Positions 27,820-37,868 of a stretch of DNA of 64,000 bases are shown one piece after another (within the stretch, counting starts at the first letter, position 1; the number at the start of each line of letters is the position of its first letter). Below the pieces are notes generated by a model. That model saw nothing but the letters and a program-made list of their open reading frames with translations. It made no database searches and was not told the DNA's origin. A program made the translations under genes and the position numbers. This DNA comes from Candidatus Aminicenantales bacterium (GTDB lineage: Bacteria; Acidobacteriota; Aminicenantia; Aminicenantales; UBA4085), in NCBI GenBank assembly GCA_049697115.1, contig JBAVVD010000048.1:18151-82150 (forward strand), read 5' to 3'.

Positions 27820-28718
27820 CGAATCCGGCCGTCTTTGTGGAATTTATTATCTATAAAATCCTCAGCGCGCTGTTTTTCTTCATTCCCCGGCCGCTCTGCC
27901 TCCTCATTGGCAGGCAATCCGGCCTTCTTCTGTATTATCTGGATAGGAAACACCGCCGGATCGCCCTCTCAAACCTGAAGATGGCTTTCTTTCGGGAATT
28001 TCCCGAATCCCGATGGATCACAATCGCGAAGAATTCTTTCGCCCACTTCGGCGAGATGACGGCCGACATCCTCAAACTCTCGCACTTTTCCCCCGAGCGG
28101 ATCCAAAAGCTCATCTCCATTGAAGGCCAAGAGCACCTGCATCAGGCCCTGGAAGACGGAAAAGGCGCTCTCCTTTTTTCCGCCCATATCGGGAACTGGG
28201 AAGTCGGGTCTGCGGGAGTCTCACGAATAGCTCCTTTACGCGTTGTGGTCCGCGCCCTCGATAATCCGCTTCTGGAGAAAGAACTTGTCCGGATCCGGGC
28301 GAAGTTCGGCGCCCGCGTCGTCTATAAACAGGAGGCCGCCCGAAAAGTGCTTTCCTCACTTCGACGTAATGAAGCCGTTGCCATCCTTATCGACCAGAAT
28401 GTCCTGCGAAGCCAGGCTGTTTTTGTTGATTTCTTTGGAGCGCCGGCAGCGACAACTCCTTCTCTGGCCGCCTTTTCCATTAAGACGGGAGTGCCGGTCC
28501 TTCCCACGTTTTGCTATCCCTTACCCGGCGGCTTCTTTCGGCTTAAGGTTATGGCGCCTGTGCGCACCGACCTGGAAGGCCCGAATGAGCGGGATGTGTT
28601 GAAAATCACCCAAATATGCACTAAGATTATTGAGAATGAAATCCGGCAAAATCCCAGCCAATGGCTCTGGGTCCATCAAAGATGGAAAACAAGGCCATTC
28701 CAACGCCAAAGGGAGTGA
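27816..28718 (+). CDS. lipid A biosynthesis (LpxL/HtrB-family) lysophospholipid acyltransferase
   Basis: The family motif FSAHIGNWEVG is present. The gene overlaps lpxK by 4 nt. Confidence 0.7.
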   Translation: MTNPAVFVEFIIYKILSALFFFIPRPLCLLIGRQSGLLLYYLDRKHRRIALSNLKMAFFREFPESRWITIAKNSFAHFGEMTADILKLSHFSPERIQKLISIEGQEHLHQALEDGKGALLFSAHIGNWEVGSAGVSRIAPLRVVVRALDNPLLEKELVRIRAKFGARVVYKQEAARKVLSSLRRNEAVAILIDQNVLRSQAVFVDFFGAPAATTPSLAAFSIKTGVPVLPTFCYPLPGGFFRLKVMAPVRTDLEGPNERDVLKITQICTKIIENEIRQNPSQWLWVHQRWKTRPFQRQRE

Positions 28719-28728
28719 ACAGAATTTG

Positions 28729-29469
28729 AGATCATACAATCGCAAGCCCAATGAAATGCGGCCTGTTACAGTCCTCCTCGACTACCTGGACTTCGCCGAC
28801 AGCTCGGCCTACATCGAGGTCGGAAAAACGCGTGTGGTCGTGGCCGCCACAATCGATGAAAAGGTCCCGCCCTTTCTCAAGAATACGGGCTCCGGGTGGA
28901 TCACGGCCGAGTACTCCATGCTCCCCCGCTCCACAGAAAAAAGAAATATCCGGGAAAGAATTCAGGGCCATCCTTCAGGGAGAAGCCAGGAAATACAGCG
29001 TCTCATTGGGCGGGCGCTTCGGGCCGTCACTGACCTCAGGCTCCTTGGGGAAAGGACGGTCATTCTGGATTGTGACGTCATCCAGGCCGACGGCGGAACA
29101 CGGACAGCCTCCATCAACGCGGCCTGCGTGGCGTTCGCTCTGGCCTTAAAAAAAATGATGGATGAAAAAATGATCGCGCATATGCCGCTTCGGCATTTAG
29201 TCGCCGGAATCAGTGTGGGCATCGTGAAGGGGAAATATCTTCTGGATCTGGATTACAAAGAAGATTCTTCAGCCGAAATCGACATGAATATCGTCCAGAC
29301 GGACCGCGGACAGCTCGTCGAAGTCCAGGCATCGGCGGAAAAAGAACCTTTTTCCAGAAATTCCCTTGCCGCTCTACTGCGTCTGGCGGATATGGGGATT
29401 TCGGAAATCATCCAAATCCAGAAAGAGATATTGAAAAAAAAGAGCCTCCTTTTTATGGCCTATGGATAA
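28729..29469 (+). CDS. rph: ribonuclease PH
   Basis: RPVTVLLDYL...GSGWITAEYSMLPRST...GRSQEIQRLIGRALRA...DCDVIQADGGTRTASI are RNase PH blocks. A TTG start at 28729 with an AGGGAG RBS avoids overlap with the upstream gene. The ORF track lists 28630. Confidence 0.8.
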   Translation, partial: RSYNRKPNEMRPVTVLLDYLDFADSSAYIEVGKTRVVVAATIDEKVPPFLKNTGSGWITAEYSMLPRSTEKRNIRERIQGHPSGRSQEIQRLIGRALRAVTDLRLLGERTVILDCDVIQADGGTRTASINAACVAFALALKKMMDEKMIAHMPLRHLVAGISVGIVKGKYLLDLDYKEDSSAEIDMNIVQTDRGQLVEVQASAEKEPFSRNSLAALLRLADMGISEIIQIQKEILKKKSLLFMAYG

Positions 29470-29493
29470 TACTTCCATCCAGGAGAAAGTGGC

Positions 29494-30435
29494 ATGAACA
29501 GGATTTTGGTAACCGGCGGAGCCGGTTTTTTAGGCAGCCATCTCTGTGAATATCTTTTGGGAAAGGGCTCGGATGTCATCTGTATGGACAATTTTTTTTC
29601 CGGCCATAAGGATAATATCCGCCCTCTTCTCTCCCATCCTTATTTTGAACTCATTCGACATGACGTCATCCACTCCTTCTTTGTGGAAGTCGATAGAATT
29701 TATCATCTGGCCTGTCCGGCCTCGCCGATCCACTACCAATATAACTCCATCAAGACGGTCAAAACGAACGTTATGGGAACCATCAACATGCTCGGCCTGG
29801 CCAAGAGAATCAAGTGCCGGATTTTACTGGCCTCCTCTTCTGAGATTTATGGGGATGCCCAGGTCCATCCCCAGCCGGAGAGTTACTGGGGAAACGTCAA
29901 TCCCATCGGGATCAGAAGCTGCTATGATGAAGGAAAACGCGTAGCCGAAACATTGATGATGGATTACCATCGTCAGAATAAAGTGGATATTAAAATTGTC
30001 AGAATTTTCAATACTTATGGTCCCCGCATGGCCATTGACGACGGCCGGGTAGTCAGTAATTTCATCGTCCAGGCCCTGAGAGGGGCCCCTCTGACCGTCT
30101 ATGGGGACGGCCGCCAGACCCGCTCATTCTGCTACGTGACTGACCTCGTCCAGGGGCTTGTCCGGATGATGGAATCCAAAGATTTCACAGGGCCGGTCAA
30201 CCTGGGAAACCCGACGGAGTTCACCATCGCTGAGCTGGCGGAAACGGTTTTAAAACTCACCGGCAGCTCTTCCAAAATCGTTCATAAACCCCTGCCCCAG
30301 GACGACCCTGCCCGGCGCCGCCCGGATATTGCCTTAGCTAAAGGAACGCTCGGCTGGGAGCCAAAAATTTCTTTAGAGGAAGGATTGGTCCATGCCATCG
30401 AATATTTCAAAGCCAAACTCGGTACCAATAAATAA
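29494..30435 (+). CDS. UDP-glucuronate decarboxylase (UDP-xylose synthase), SDR family
   Basis: [14 protein letters not shown] and YDEGKRVAE are present in a 313-aa product. Confidence 0.8.
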   Translation: MNRILVTGGAGFLGSHLCEYLLGKGSDVICMDNFFSGHKDNIRPLLSHPYFELIRHDVIHSFFVEVDRIYHLACPASPIHYQYNSIKTVKTNVMGTINMLGLAKRIKCRILLASSSEIYGDAQVHPQPESYWGNVNPIGIRSCYDEGKRVAETLMMDYHRQNKVDIKIVRIFNTYGPRMAIDDGRVVSNFIVQALRGAPLTVYGDGRQTRSFCYVTDLVQGLVRMMESKDFTGPVNLGNPTEFTIAELAETVLKLTGSSSKIVHKPLPQDDPARRRPDIALAKGTLGWEPKISLEEGLVHAIEYFKAKLGTNK

Positions 30436-30452
30436 AATCAAAGGACACGGAT

Positions 30453-31139
30453 ATGAAACTCTCCATTGTCATTCCTGTTTATAATGAAAAACACACCATC
30501 CAGGAAATCGTCTCCAGAGTCCAGGCTGTGGATGTCGGGCTGGAAAAAGAAATCATCATTGTCGACGACTGCTCACAGGACGGCACCCATGAAATTCTGG
30601 AAAAAATTAAAGATCCCCACATCCGGATCATTATCCATTCAAAAAACATGGGCAAAGGGGCGGCCCTCCAGACGGGCTTCTCTGAAGCCCGTGGAGACAT
30701 CGTCCTCATCCAGGATGCCGATCTGGAATATGACCCCAAAGACTATCCCCGGCTTATGGCCCCGATTCTGGATGGCCGAGCGGATGTTGTTTACGGATCG
30801 CGCTTCCTCGGGGGCCCCCACCGCGTCTTCTTTTTCTGGCACTATATCGGAAACAAGCTCCTCACCACTTTTTCCAATATGCTCTCGAACTTAAATTTAA
30901 CGGATATGGAGACCTGCTATAAGGTCTTCAAAAAAGAAGTCCTCTCTAAAATCCGCCTGAAATCCAAGAGATTTGGCTTTGAACCGGAAGTCACCATTAA
31001 AGTGGCCAAGCTGAAATGTAAAATATACGAGGTTCCCATCTCCTATTCCGGAAGAGATTACAGTGAAGGGAAAAAAATCGGCTGGAAGGACGGGATAGCC
31101 GCCATTTTTCACATTATCAGGTATAAATTCTTTAAGTGA
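30453..31139 (+). CDS. GT2-family glycosyltransferase (polyprenyl-phosphate sugar transferase-like)
   Basis: LSIVIPVYNE...DDCSQDGT...QDADLEYDP are GT-A motifs. Confidence 0.75.
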   Translation: MKLSIVIPVYNEKHTIQEIVSRVQAVDVGLEKEIIIVDDCSQDGTHEILEKIKDPHIRIIIHSKNMGKGAALQTGFSEARGDIVLIQDADLEYDPKDYPRLMAPILDGRADVVYGSRFLGGPHRVFFFWHYIGNKLLTTFSNMLSNLNLTDMETCYKVFKKEVLSKIRLKSKRFGFEPEVTIKVAKLKCKIYEVPISYSGRDYSEGKKIGWKDGIAAIFHIIRYKFFK

Positions 31140-31297
31140 TGCTGGAAACCGTATTCTTTTCGGAGAAAAAGCCTGTGACTGTCCCTTATCTTGACAATCA
31201 AAAGAGGCGGTTATACTATAATAAGGCGTAAATAATTTATAAATTATTTTATATGAGGTCAATTGGGTAGAAGAATGACCAGATTAAGGAGGCCATC

Positions 31298-32704
31298 ATG
31301 AGTCTATTATACTGGCTGATTCTTGGCGGCGCTATTGTCGTATTATTCCTCATTATTTTCTTTATCATAGCCAAGCAGTACAAGAAAGTGGGCCCCAATG
31401 AAGCCCTTATCATCTCCGGGGGAAGAAAACGAACGGTCGTTGAACCTGACGGGACAAAGAGAAAAGTGGGGTACCGCTATCGCCTGGGCGGAGGAACTTT
31501 TGTTCTACCGTTCATCGAGACGGTGGATATCCTCCCTATGGAGGTTATCTCCCTGACTATAAAAACACCCGAAGTGCTCACGCACGGCGGAGTTCCAATT
31601 ATGGCTGAAGGCACAGCTCAGATCAAAATTGATCCCAAGGATTGGGCCATTCGCATTGCGTCTGAACAGTTCCTCAGCATCGGAAAAGAAGGGATCCGTG
31701 ATGTGGCGATCAGCGTCCTTGAGGGAAAAATGCGTGAAGTCATCGGCACGATGACTGTTGAAGAAATCTACAGGGGAAGACAGGAATTTTCCTCCAGGCT
31801 CATCGAAGCCGTGCGCGGAGATTTCTCCCGAATGGGCTTGCTCATACTCTCATTCTCCCTGAAAGATATCGGCGACACCCAAGGATATATCGATGCTCTC
31901 AGCCGACCTCTCATATCCGCGGCCAAGCGTGATGCCGCTATCGCTGAAGCGGAGACACAAAAGGAATCCATCATCAAATCCTCACAGGCACGGAAAGAAG
32001 GAGAGGTGGCCCGACTGGCGGCCGAAGCCCTGATCGCTAAAGCCCAATGGGAAAACGAAGGCAAAAAGGCCGAATCCCAGGTCCTCGTGAACCAGAAAAA
32101 AGCTCAGGCCGATTACTCTTATGAACTGGAGCGCTTCAAGATGAGTCAGGAAATAAAAAAAGAAGAGGCGAAAGTCCAGCTGATTGAAAAGGAACAGTCC
32201 ATCAAAATTGAAGAGCTGGAGATCTCCCGTAAAGAGAAAGAACTTGAGGCTAATGTTTTAAAGCCTTCGGATGCCCGAAAATACCAAATCAAGGCCGAAG
32301 CCGATGCTGAAGAATACCGCATCCAGGCCGAGGCCAAGGGAAAGGCAGAGGCCCTGAAGCTTGAAGGCCTGGCTGAAGCCGAGCAATTGAAACAAAAAGG
32401 CTTCGCCGAAGCCGAAGCGATGCTTAAAAAGTCTCAGGCCTGGCAAAAATACAACCAGGCCGCCATTGCGGAAATATACATCAAAGCTCTCCCGGAACTG
32501 GCCAGAGCCGTCTCTGAACCCCTGTCGAAAGTGGAGAAAATCGTTGTCGTCAGCGGAGAGAAGAGCCTGGGGACGACAAAAATCACCGGCCAGGTGGCAG
32601 AGATCTTGGCGCAGATGCCCGAGATTGTTAAGGCTCTTTCCGGCGTGGACTTGAAGAAGATTCTCAAAGGGAAATTCGCGCCAGAAGAAAAAGAAGAGAA
32701 ATAA
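31298..32704 (+). CDS. flotillin-like SPFH/band-7 protein
   Basis: The product has an N-terminal TM helix, an SPFH core, and long Glu/Lys/Ala-rich coiled-coil repeats (EAEAKGKAEALKLEGLAEAEQ). Confidence 0.8.
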   Translation: MSLLYWLILGGAIVVLFLIIFFIIAKQYKKVGPNEALIISGGRKRTVVEPDGTKRKVGYRYRLGGGTFVLPFIETVDILPMEVISLTIKTPEVLTHGGVPIMAEGTAQIKIDPKDWAIRIASEQFLSIGKEGIRDVAISVLEGKMREVIGTMTVEEIYRGRQEFSSRLIEAVRGDFSRMGLLILSFSLKDIGDTQGYIDALSRPLISAAKRDAAIAEAETQKESIIKSSQARKEGEVARLAAEALIAKAQWENEGKKAESQVLVNQKKAQADYSYELERFKMSQEIKKEEAKVQLIEKEQSIKIEELEISRKEKELEANVLKPSDARKYQIKAEADAEEYRIQAEAKGKAEALKLEGLAEAEQLKQKGFAEAEAMLKKSQAWQKYNQAAIAEIYIKALPELARAVSEPLSKVEKIVVVSGEKSLGTTKITGQVAEILAQMPEIVKALSGVDLKKILKGKFAPEEKEEK

Positions 32705-32731
32705 TCCACTGGCAGGGAAAAAAGGGAAGTC

Positions 32732-35080
32732 ATGATCTCAGAAAAAGCAAGCCAAATCGGCACATCTCCGACTCTGAAAATTGCATCAAAAGCCAAGGCT
32801 ATGAAGGCCGAGGGCATCGACATTGTGGACCTCAGCGTGGGGGAGCCGGATTTCCCGACTCCGGAAAACGTGAAAGCTGCGGGGATTAAGGCGATCGAAC
32901 AGAACTACACAAAATATACGGAAAATGAAGGAATCCCCCCACTCAAAAAGGCGATCATAGACCGGCTCAGGGAAGACTTCGGGCTGAGCTATAAGCCCAA
33001 TGAAATCATCGTCTCCACAGGAGCTAAAAGCTCTCTATTCCATCTCATTCAGGCTCTCGTCAATGAGGATGAAGAAGTCATCATTCCTGCTCCTTACTGG
33101 GTCTCCTATCCTCACTTGGTGACCCTGGCCAAGGGCAAAACTGTGATACTGCCGACCAAAGAGGAAAACGGATTCCTCCTGACGGCGGAGCAGCTGAGAG
33201 CCGCCATATCGCCGTCCACCAAGGCCCTGATCCTGAATAATCCATCAAACCCGACCGGCGCCGCCTACAAGAGGGAGGAACTGGAAGCTCTGGCCGAGGT
33301 TATCCGCGAGGAAGACATCTATGTCATGGCCGACGAAATATACGCCAAACTGGTCTACGACAATTTTCCTTTCGTCAGCATTGCTTCCCTGGGTGAAGAT
33401 ATTCAGAGAAAAAGCATCCTCATCAGCGGCGTCTCCAAGTCGTACTCCATGACGGGATGGAGAATTGGATTTGCTGCGGGCCCGGCGGAAATCATCAGCG
33501 GCATGTCAAAAATTCAGAGCCATACCACATCCAATCCGGTATCCATTTCTCAAAAAGCCAGCCTGGAAGCCCTGGTCGGCCCCCAGCATGAAATTTCCAA
33601 AATGGTCTCTGAATTCCAGAGAAGGCGGAACTACGTCCTGATGAGACTCCAATCCATCCCTCAGATCTCCTGTTTCAAGCCTCAAGGGGCGTTCTATACA
33701 TTTCCAAATGTCCGTGCCTACTATGAAAAAGAATTCAACGGCATTCAAATCCGCAACTCCTATGGGATGGCCTATTACCTGCTCAAAGAGGCCAAGGTCG
33801 CCATCGTTCCGGGCGACTCCTTTGGGGCGGACAATTATATCCGCATCTCCTATGCGACCTCTATGGAAAATCTGGAAAAGGGGATGGAAAGGATTACAAA
33901 GGCCCTGTCCCAGCTAACCACAGCGAAAAAGGTCCAGCGCATCGCCCTGAACAATGCGGTCACCCGCGTGAAGAAATCCATCCCTGTGGAAGCCTCGATC
34001 GACATTAAAATCAGGGACGGTCTTGTCGCCGAAGCCGAGGGAATTCTCGGTTTTGAAAAATATTTTGAATGGAACGCCAATATCAACGGACTGATTGTCC
34101 AGCTTCGAACCAATGTGCCGCATCTCTATGATTTCTGGATGGAAAACTGGTTTCCGGCACAACTTGAGTCCGGCCTGGAGCCTCACGGCATCATCTATGC
34201 CGTGGACGGCATCCCGGGACGTGAACCGCGCGCATTTTACAACACAGAGACCAAGACCGGCGTTATCTTTAACAGCGATAACTACGGCCCCCTGCGCAGC
34301 CTGGCGCTGGGCCTGGTCATGGATGCCTCCGAAAGGCTTTTCGGCGTCCACGCGATTCGAGGAATGTCTGTCGATAGGGGAGGAAGCGGACTGGTTTTAA
34401 TCGGGGCTCCAGGAACAAAAAAAACCGAGCTTTTCTTCGAACTGCTGCAAGATCCCGAATTTCGTTTTCATTCGAATGACATCGTCTTTGTGCGGCCGTC
34501 CGGCAAGACGTTCTCTGCCGACAATGTCGAACGCAAAGCCTATATGCCGACAAATACCGTCGTATTGTATCCGCGTCTGGCGTCCCTATTCGACCACAGC
34601 AAAGGCGAAAATATCATTACCCACAAAGAGGAATGCCGGGATGCGGAATGCCAGCGCCAGGAAGACTGCCGTTTGGACCGAGGTTCCCCTTTCTGTTACA
34701 GAGCCTCAAAGGTCGCCCATTCAATGCTCGACCCAAACTGGATTGGAGGCCCTGAAGCTCATGTCCGACATTCGGTCCTTCGCTGGGTCTTTCTCCTGCG
34801 CAACGATGCGATTTCCCCTCCGATCGAGAGAGTCAACGAAGAAGACGCACTGCGTATTCTGGAAGCCGGCGAAAGTCCGGGATTAAAAAAGGAAATCAAT
34901 GTCTCAAAAGCCCAGCCTTTTTTCAATCCTCATCTTCTCTTGACGACTCCTGAACGTCTGGAACTCCAGAAGGCCTTCTTCCAGAAGCTCCTTCACAGCG
35001 CCAGTTTCTTTCTCTTCAACAGTGGAGCGGCCGGAGCGGACCAAATCAGGCAGGTCATACGGGGCGAGATAAAATTATAG
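32732..35080 (+). CDS. class I aminotransferase (aspartate/aromatic-type) fused to a C-terminal P-loop domain of about 380 aa
   Basis: The first 400 or so residues are an AAT-like fold-type I PLP enzyme, with the PLP-lysine block GVSKSYSMTGWRIGF. The C-terminal part has the P-loop-like VLIGAPGTKKTELFFELL and resembles an HprK-like kinase domain. It is a single uninterrupted 782-aa ORF. Confidence 0.7.
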   Translation: MISEKASQIGTSPTLKIASKAKAMKAEGIDIVDLSVGEPDFPTPENVKAAGIKAIEQNYTKYTENEGIPPLKKAIIDRLREDFGLSYKPNEIIVSTGAKSSLFHLIQALVNEDEEVIIPAPYWVSYPHLVTLAKGKTVILPTKEENGFLLTAEQLRAAISPSTKALILNNPSNPTGAAYKREELEALAEVIREEDIYVMADEIYAKLVYDNFPFVSIASLGEDIQRKSILISGVSKSYSMTGWRIGFAAGPAEIISGMSKIQSHTTSNPVSISQKASLEALVGPQHEISKMVSEFQRRRNYVLMRLQSIPQISCFKPQGAFYTFPNVRAYYEKEFNGIQIRNSYGMAYYLLKEAKVAIVPGDSFGADNYIRISYATSMENLEKGMERITKALSQLTTAKKVQRIALNNAVTRVKKSIPVEASIDIKIRDGLVAEAEGILGFEKYFEWNANINGLIVQLRTNVPHLYDFWMENWFPAQLESGLEPHGIIYAVDGIPGREPRAFYNTETKTGVIFNSDNYGPLRSLALGLVMDASERLFGVHAIRGMSVDRGGSGLVLIGAPGTKKTELFFELLQDPEFRFHSNDIVFVRPSGKTFSADNVERKAYMPTNTVVLYPRLASLFDHSKGENIITHKEECRDAECQRQEDCRLDRGSPFCYRASKVAHSMLDPNWIGGPEAHVRHSVLRWVFLLRNDAISPPIERVNEEDALRILEAGESPGLKKEINVSKAQPFFNPHLLLTTPERLELQKAFFQKLLHSASFFLFNSGAAGADQIRQVIRGEIKL

Positions 35081-35096
35081 CCCTCCCATGGACTGT

Positions 35097-35663
35097 TTAA
35101 GGATTTTCCAGCCGGATCTCTATCTCCTGGACGATTAAATGAATCAGCAGAAGATGGACCTCCTGAATTCGAGGAGTTTCACCGGAAGGAAGATCCAGAA
35201 GATAATCGGATAAAGGAGCCGCCTTCCCCCCTCCTTTTCCCGTCAAGGTAATTGTGGTCATCTTTTTCTGCTTTGCCGACTGCAATGCCTGAATGACATT
35301 GGGTGAGTTCCCGCTCGTTGTCAGGGCCAGAGCCACATCCCCGGACTCTCCGAGCGCTTCGACCTGCCGGCTGAAAATGGAGTCAAAAGAAGTGTCGTTT
35401 CCTATAGAGGTCAAAATCGATGTGTCTGTAGTCAGAGCAATGGCCTTCAGCGGAGGCCGGTTGATCAAAAATTTATTAACCATCTCTGAAGCAAAATGCT
35501 GGGCTTCGGCGGCGCTCCCTCCGTTTCCGAAGACAAGGATTTTATGGCCGGCTTTCAGACTGTCCGTGATCGCCTGGATGGCCTGCATGAAAACCGCGCC
35601 TCGGGTTGAGAAAAACTCATCGCCGATCCGCCTCAGTTCAGCGACGACGTCCTTATAGTTCAT
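35097..35663 (-). CDS. gmhA: SIS-domain phosphoheptose isomerase
   Basis: ILVFGNGGSAAEAQHFASEM is the GmhA/DiaA signature. Confidence 0.75.
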   Translation of the reverse strand: MNYKDVVAELRRIGDEFFSTRGAVFMQAIQAITDSLKAGHKILVFGNGGSAAEAQHFASEMVNKFLINRPPLKAIALTTDTSILTSIGNDTSFDSIFSRQVEALGESGDVALALTTSGNSPNVIQALQSAKQKKMTTITLTGKGGGKAAPLSDYLLDLPSGETPRIQEVHLLLIHLIVQEIEIRLENP

Positions 35664-35696
35664 CTTCTTCCCTCCTTTCGGAAGAATCCCCTGGCT

Positions 35697-36401
35697 TCAT
35701 TTCTCCAGCCCGGACTGGATTTCACTTTTCACTCTTTCTATTAGCTCCGGAAGATTTTCCGGATGATAGCCCTTGGCAGGTATGGGCGGATGAAAAGTCA
35801 CCAGAATTTTTCCTTTTTTGACAAAAAAGCTCCCTCTGGGCATGAGCTCATAAGTCCCCTGGATAGAAACCGGCACGATGGGCGCCTGGCTCTGAAGGGC
35901 CAGTAAAAATCCCCCGCGCTTAAACGGCTGGATGCGGCCGTCACGGCTGCGTGTCCCTTCAGGAAAAATCAAGAATGAACAGACTTCTTTTTTCATCATT
36001 CGGGCCGCTTTTTCAATACTGGCCTTCCCTCCCTTGAATCTTCTTCGATCGACAGGAATGAAGCCGACCAGCCTCATAGTCTGTCCGATGATCGGCACTC
36101 TGAATGCTTCCTTTTTCAAGAGCACTCGGACCGTTTGCGGAATCAGCATAAAGAGGAGAGGGCCGTCCATAAAGCTCAGGTGATTGGCCATAAAAACATA
36201 AGAAGTCTTCTTCTCGATTTGCGCCGCACCCCGAACTTCAAGTTGAAGACCCAGGATTCTCTGGGAAAGATGCATGGCCCATTTGCCGATGGCGAAAAAG
36301 GGGCTTCGGATCCTGAAAGGGTAACAAAAGAGGAGAAGAGGACAGAGCAAAAGGGTCAGAAAAAGATATATCAAAAAAAGCGAAATCGTCCTCACCGGCA
36401 T
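35697..36401 (-). CDS. plsC: 1-acyl-sn-glycerol-3-phosphate acyltransferase
   Basis: The HxxxxD motif (ANHLSFMDGP) and FPEGTRS are present. Confidence 0.8.
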   Translation of the reverse strand: MPVRTISLFLIYLFLTLLLCPLLLFCYPFRIRSPFFAIGKWAMHLSQRILGLQLEVRGAAQIEKKTSYVFMANHLSFMDGPLLFMLIPQTVRVLLKKEAFRVPIIGQTMRLVGFIPVDRRRFKGGKASIEKAARMMKKEVCSFLIFPEGTRSRDGRIQPFKRGGFLLALQSQAPIVPVSIQGTYELMPRGSFFVKKGKILVTFHPPIPAKGYHPENLPELIERVKSEIQSGLEK

Positions 36402-36467
36402 TTTTGTGCATTATACTACAAAGGCGGGGCAGACAGAAATTTCTTTGAAAAATGCTGGGGCTACGTC

Positions 36468-37001
36468 TTAAGAACCGGATTGAGCGGCCCGCGGCGCATG
36501 AATCCACTGTCCATTCCACTGGATCAAGTCTTTTCTGAAATCCAGAATGGAATTCAGAGGATAAAAGTCCTGGGGATTCTCCCTGTCATAAATAAATCCC
36601 TCATCCAGCCCATCGCTTCCCAGGGATTGGATCAGATAATCATCATCCCCAACGTCGCCGATTTCGATCCCAAATTCTCCGGATACGGCCGTGCCGGTCC
36701 ATACCCGCAGCGCATTTCCCCATTGGTCATTAATGGGGATGGCCTTGATATGGAAAGGAGCAAGGTCTCTTAAAAACTGATTTCCCGGCGTAATGGCCCC
36801 CTCCGGATTGGTGGGCGCAACGCCGACATCCGAAAGATAGAGAGTGATGGACTTGGCCAGGCTGTGGATATCATACATTGTCCCTTTCTGCCTCGCTTTC
36901 TGCATGGACTCTTTGAAAATGGGAAGAACAATGGAGACAAGGATGCCTATGACGGCTATCACTATAAGAACTTCAATCAGCGTGAATCCCCTCTTCTTCA
37001 T
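36468..37001 (-). CDS. prepilin-type N-terminal cleavage/methylation domain protein (pilin or pseudopilin)
   Basis: KRGFTLIEVLIVIAVIGILVSIVLP is a class III signal sequence. The ORF is open to 37046, but the Met preceding the prepilin motif is taken as the start. Confidence 0.6.
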   Translation of the reverse strand: MKKRGFTLIEVLIVIAVIGILVSIVLPIFKESMQKARQKGTMYDIHSLAKSITLYLSDVGVAPTNPEGAITPGNQFLRDLAPFHIKAIPINDQWGNALRVWTGTAVSGEFGIEIGDVGDDDYLIQSLGSDGLDEGFIYDRENPQDFYPLNSILDFRKDLIQWNGQWIHAPRAAQSGS

Positions 37002-37074
37002 TTTATCCTCTTCAGTGAACAACCGCTCTCTATAACTCGACCTCAAGACTGGAAAGGCCTGAGAAAATGGGCGA

Positions 37075-37108
37075 TACAGTGTGACCCGTATCGCCCATTC
37101 AAGGCTTT
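37075..37108 (-). terminator. rho-independent terminator after the pilin gene
   Basis: AATGGGCGATAC/GTATCGCCCATT is a perfect 12-bp stem followed by a U-run on the minus strand. It lies just downstream of the stop at 37125. Confidence 0.6.
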
Positions 37109-37124
37109 GCTAAATGGCTAGAAC

Positions 37125-37658
37125 TTAGGATCCCGTAGCGCCTGCTCTCGGACAGCGAATGAAGGAGCCGTTGCAATTGATTAAATCTTTTTCGAAATCC
37201 GCTGCCGCGGATATCGTGTACAAACCCACATCAGGATTGGCTGGATCGTAGCTCCATGATTCCAGCACTCCGCCTCGACCATAGGATGAGATCAGATAAT
37301 CATCATCCACAGAGCCGGTCACTCCATAATTCCCGTCACAATCGGTGCCCGTATAGACCATGAAGCTGTTCCCCCACTGGTCTGAAGAGGGAAGAACTTT
37401 AATGTAAAACGGGGAAAGGGCCGTCTTCATAGCGGCGGTGATTGCACCATTATTAGCGGGCGGGGTGGCTTTGTCTGAAATGTAGTCCGCCAATGTGCTG
37501 GCAATCGTGTTGATGTCCTTCTGAGTCCCTCTGACCTTGGCTTTCTGAAGAGCATTCATGGCATTCGGAATAAGCAGTGCCGCCAGAATGCCGATGATCG
37601 CTACAACGATGAGCAACTCAATCAGTGTGAATCCTTTTTCCTTCTTTAACTTTAACAT
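37125..37658 (-). CDS. type IV pilin (PilA-like)
   Basis: MLKLKKEKGFTLIELLIVVAIIGILAALLIP has the G-1, F+1 and E+5 residues. The product is 177 aa. Confidence 0.7.
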   Translation of the reverse strand: MLKLKKEKGFTLIELLIVVAIIGILAALLIPNAMNALQKAKVRGTQKDINTIASTLADYISDKATPPANNGAITAAMKTALSPFYIKVLPSSDQWGNSFMVYTGTDCDGNYGVTGSVDDDYLISSYGRGGVLESWSYDPANPDVGLYTISAAADFEKDLINCNGSFIRCPRAGATGS

Positions 37659-37743
37659 AAAAACCTCCTTTTTCCTTATTGATGGTTAATTATCTAATAA
37701 GGAATTAAAATTTTTATCTAGTGCCATTAGGCAATAATAATTT

Positions 37744-37760
37744 AGCATATTTTGTGCCAA
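37744..37760 (-). promoter_or_regulatory. sigma-54-type promoter (-24 TGGCAC / -12 TGCT) upstream of the pilin gene
   Basis: The minus strand reads TGGCACaaaatATGCT with GG-to-GC spacing of 10 nt. It lies about 85 nt upstream of the pilin start, next to a sigma-54-dependent regulator gene. Confidence 0.5.
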
Positions 37761-37868
37761 TTTACAATTTTGCAACTTATTGATAACAAATTAATTATAA
37801 TAACGTGTCCAAATAATTTACATAAAAAGTGACAATATATGGCGTTTTTATGACAATATGTGTCACTT

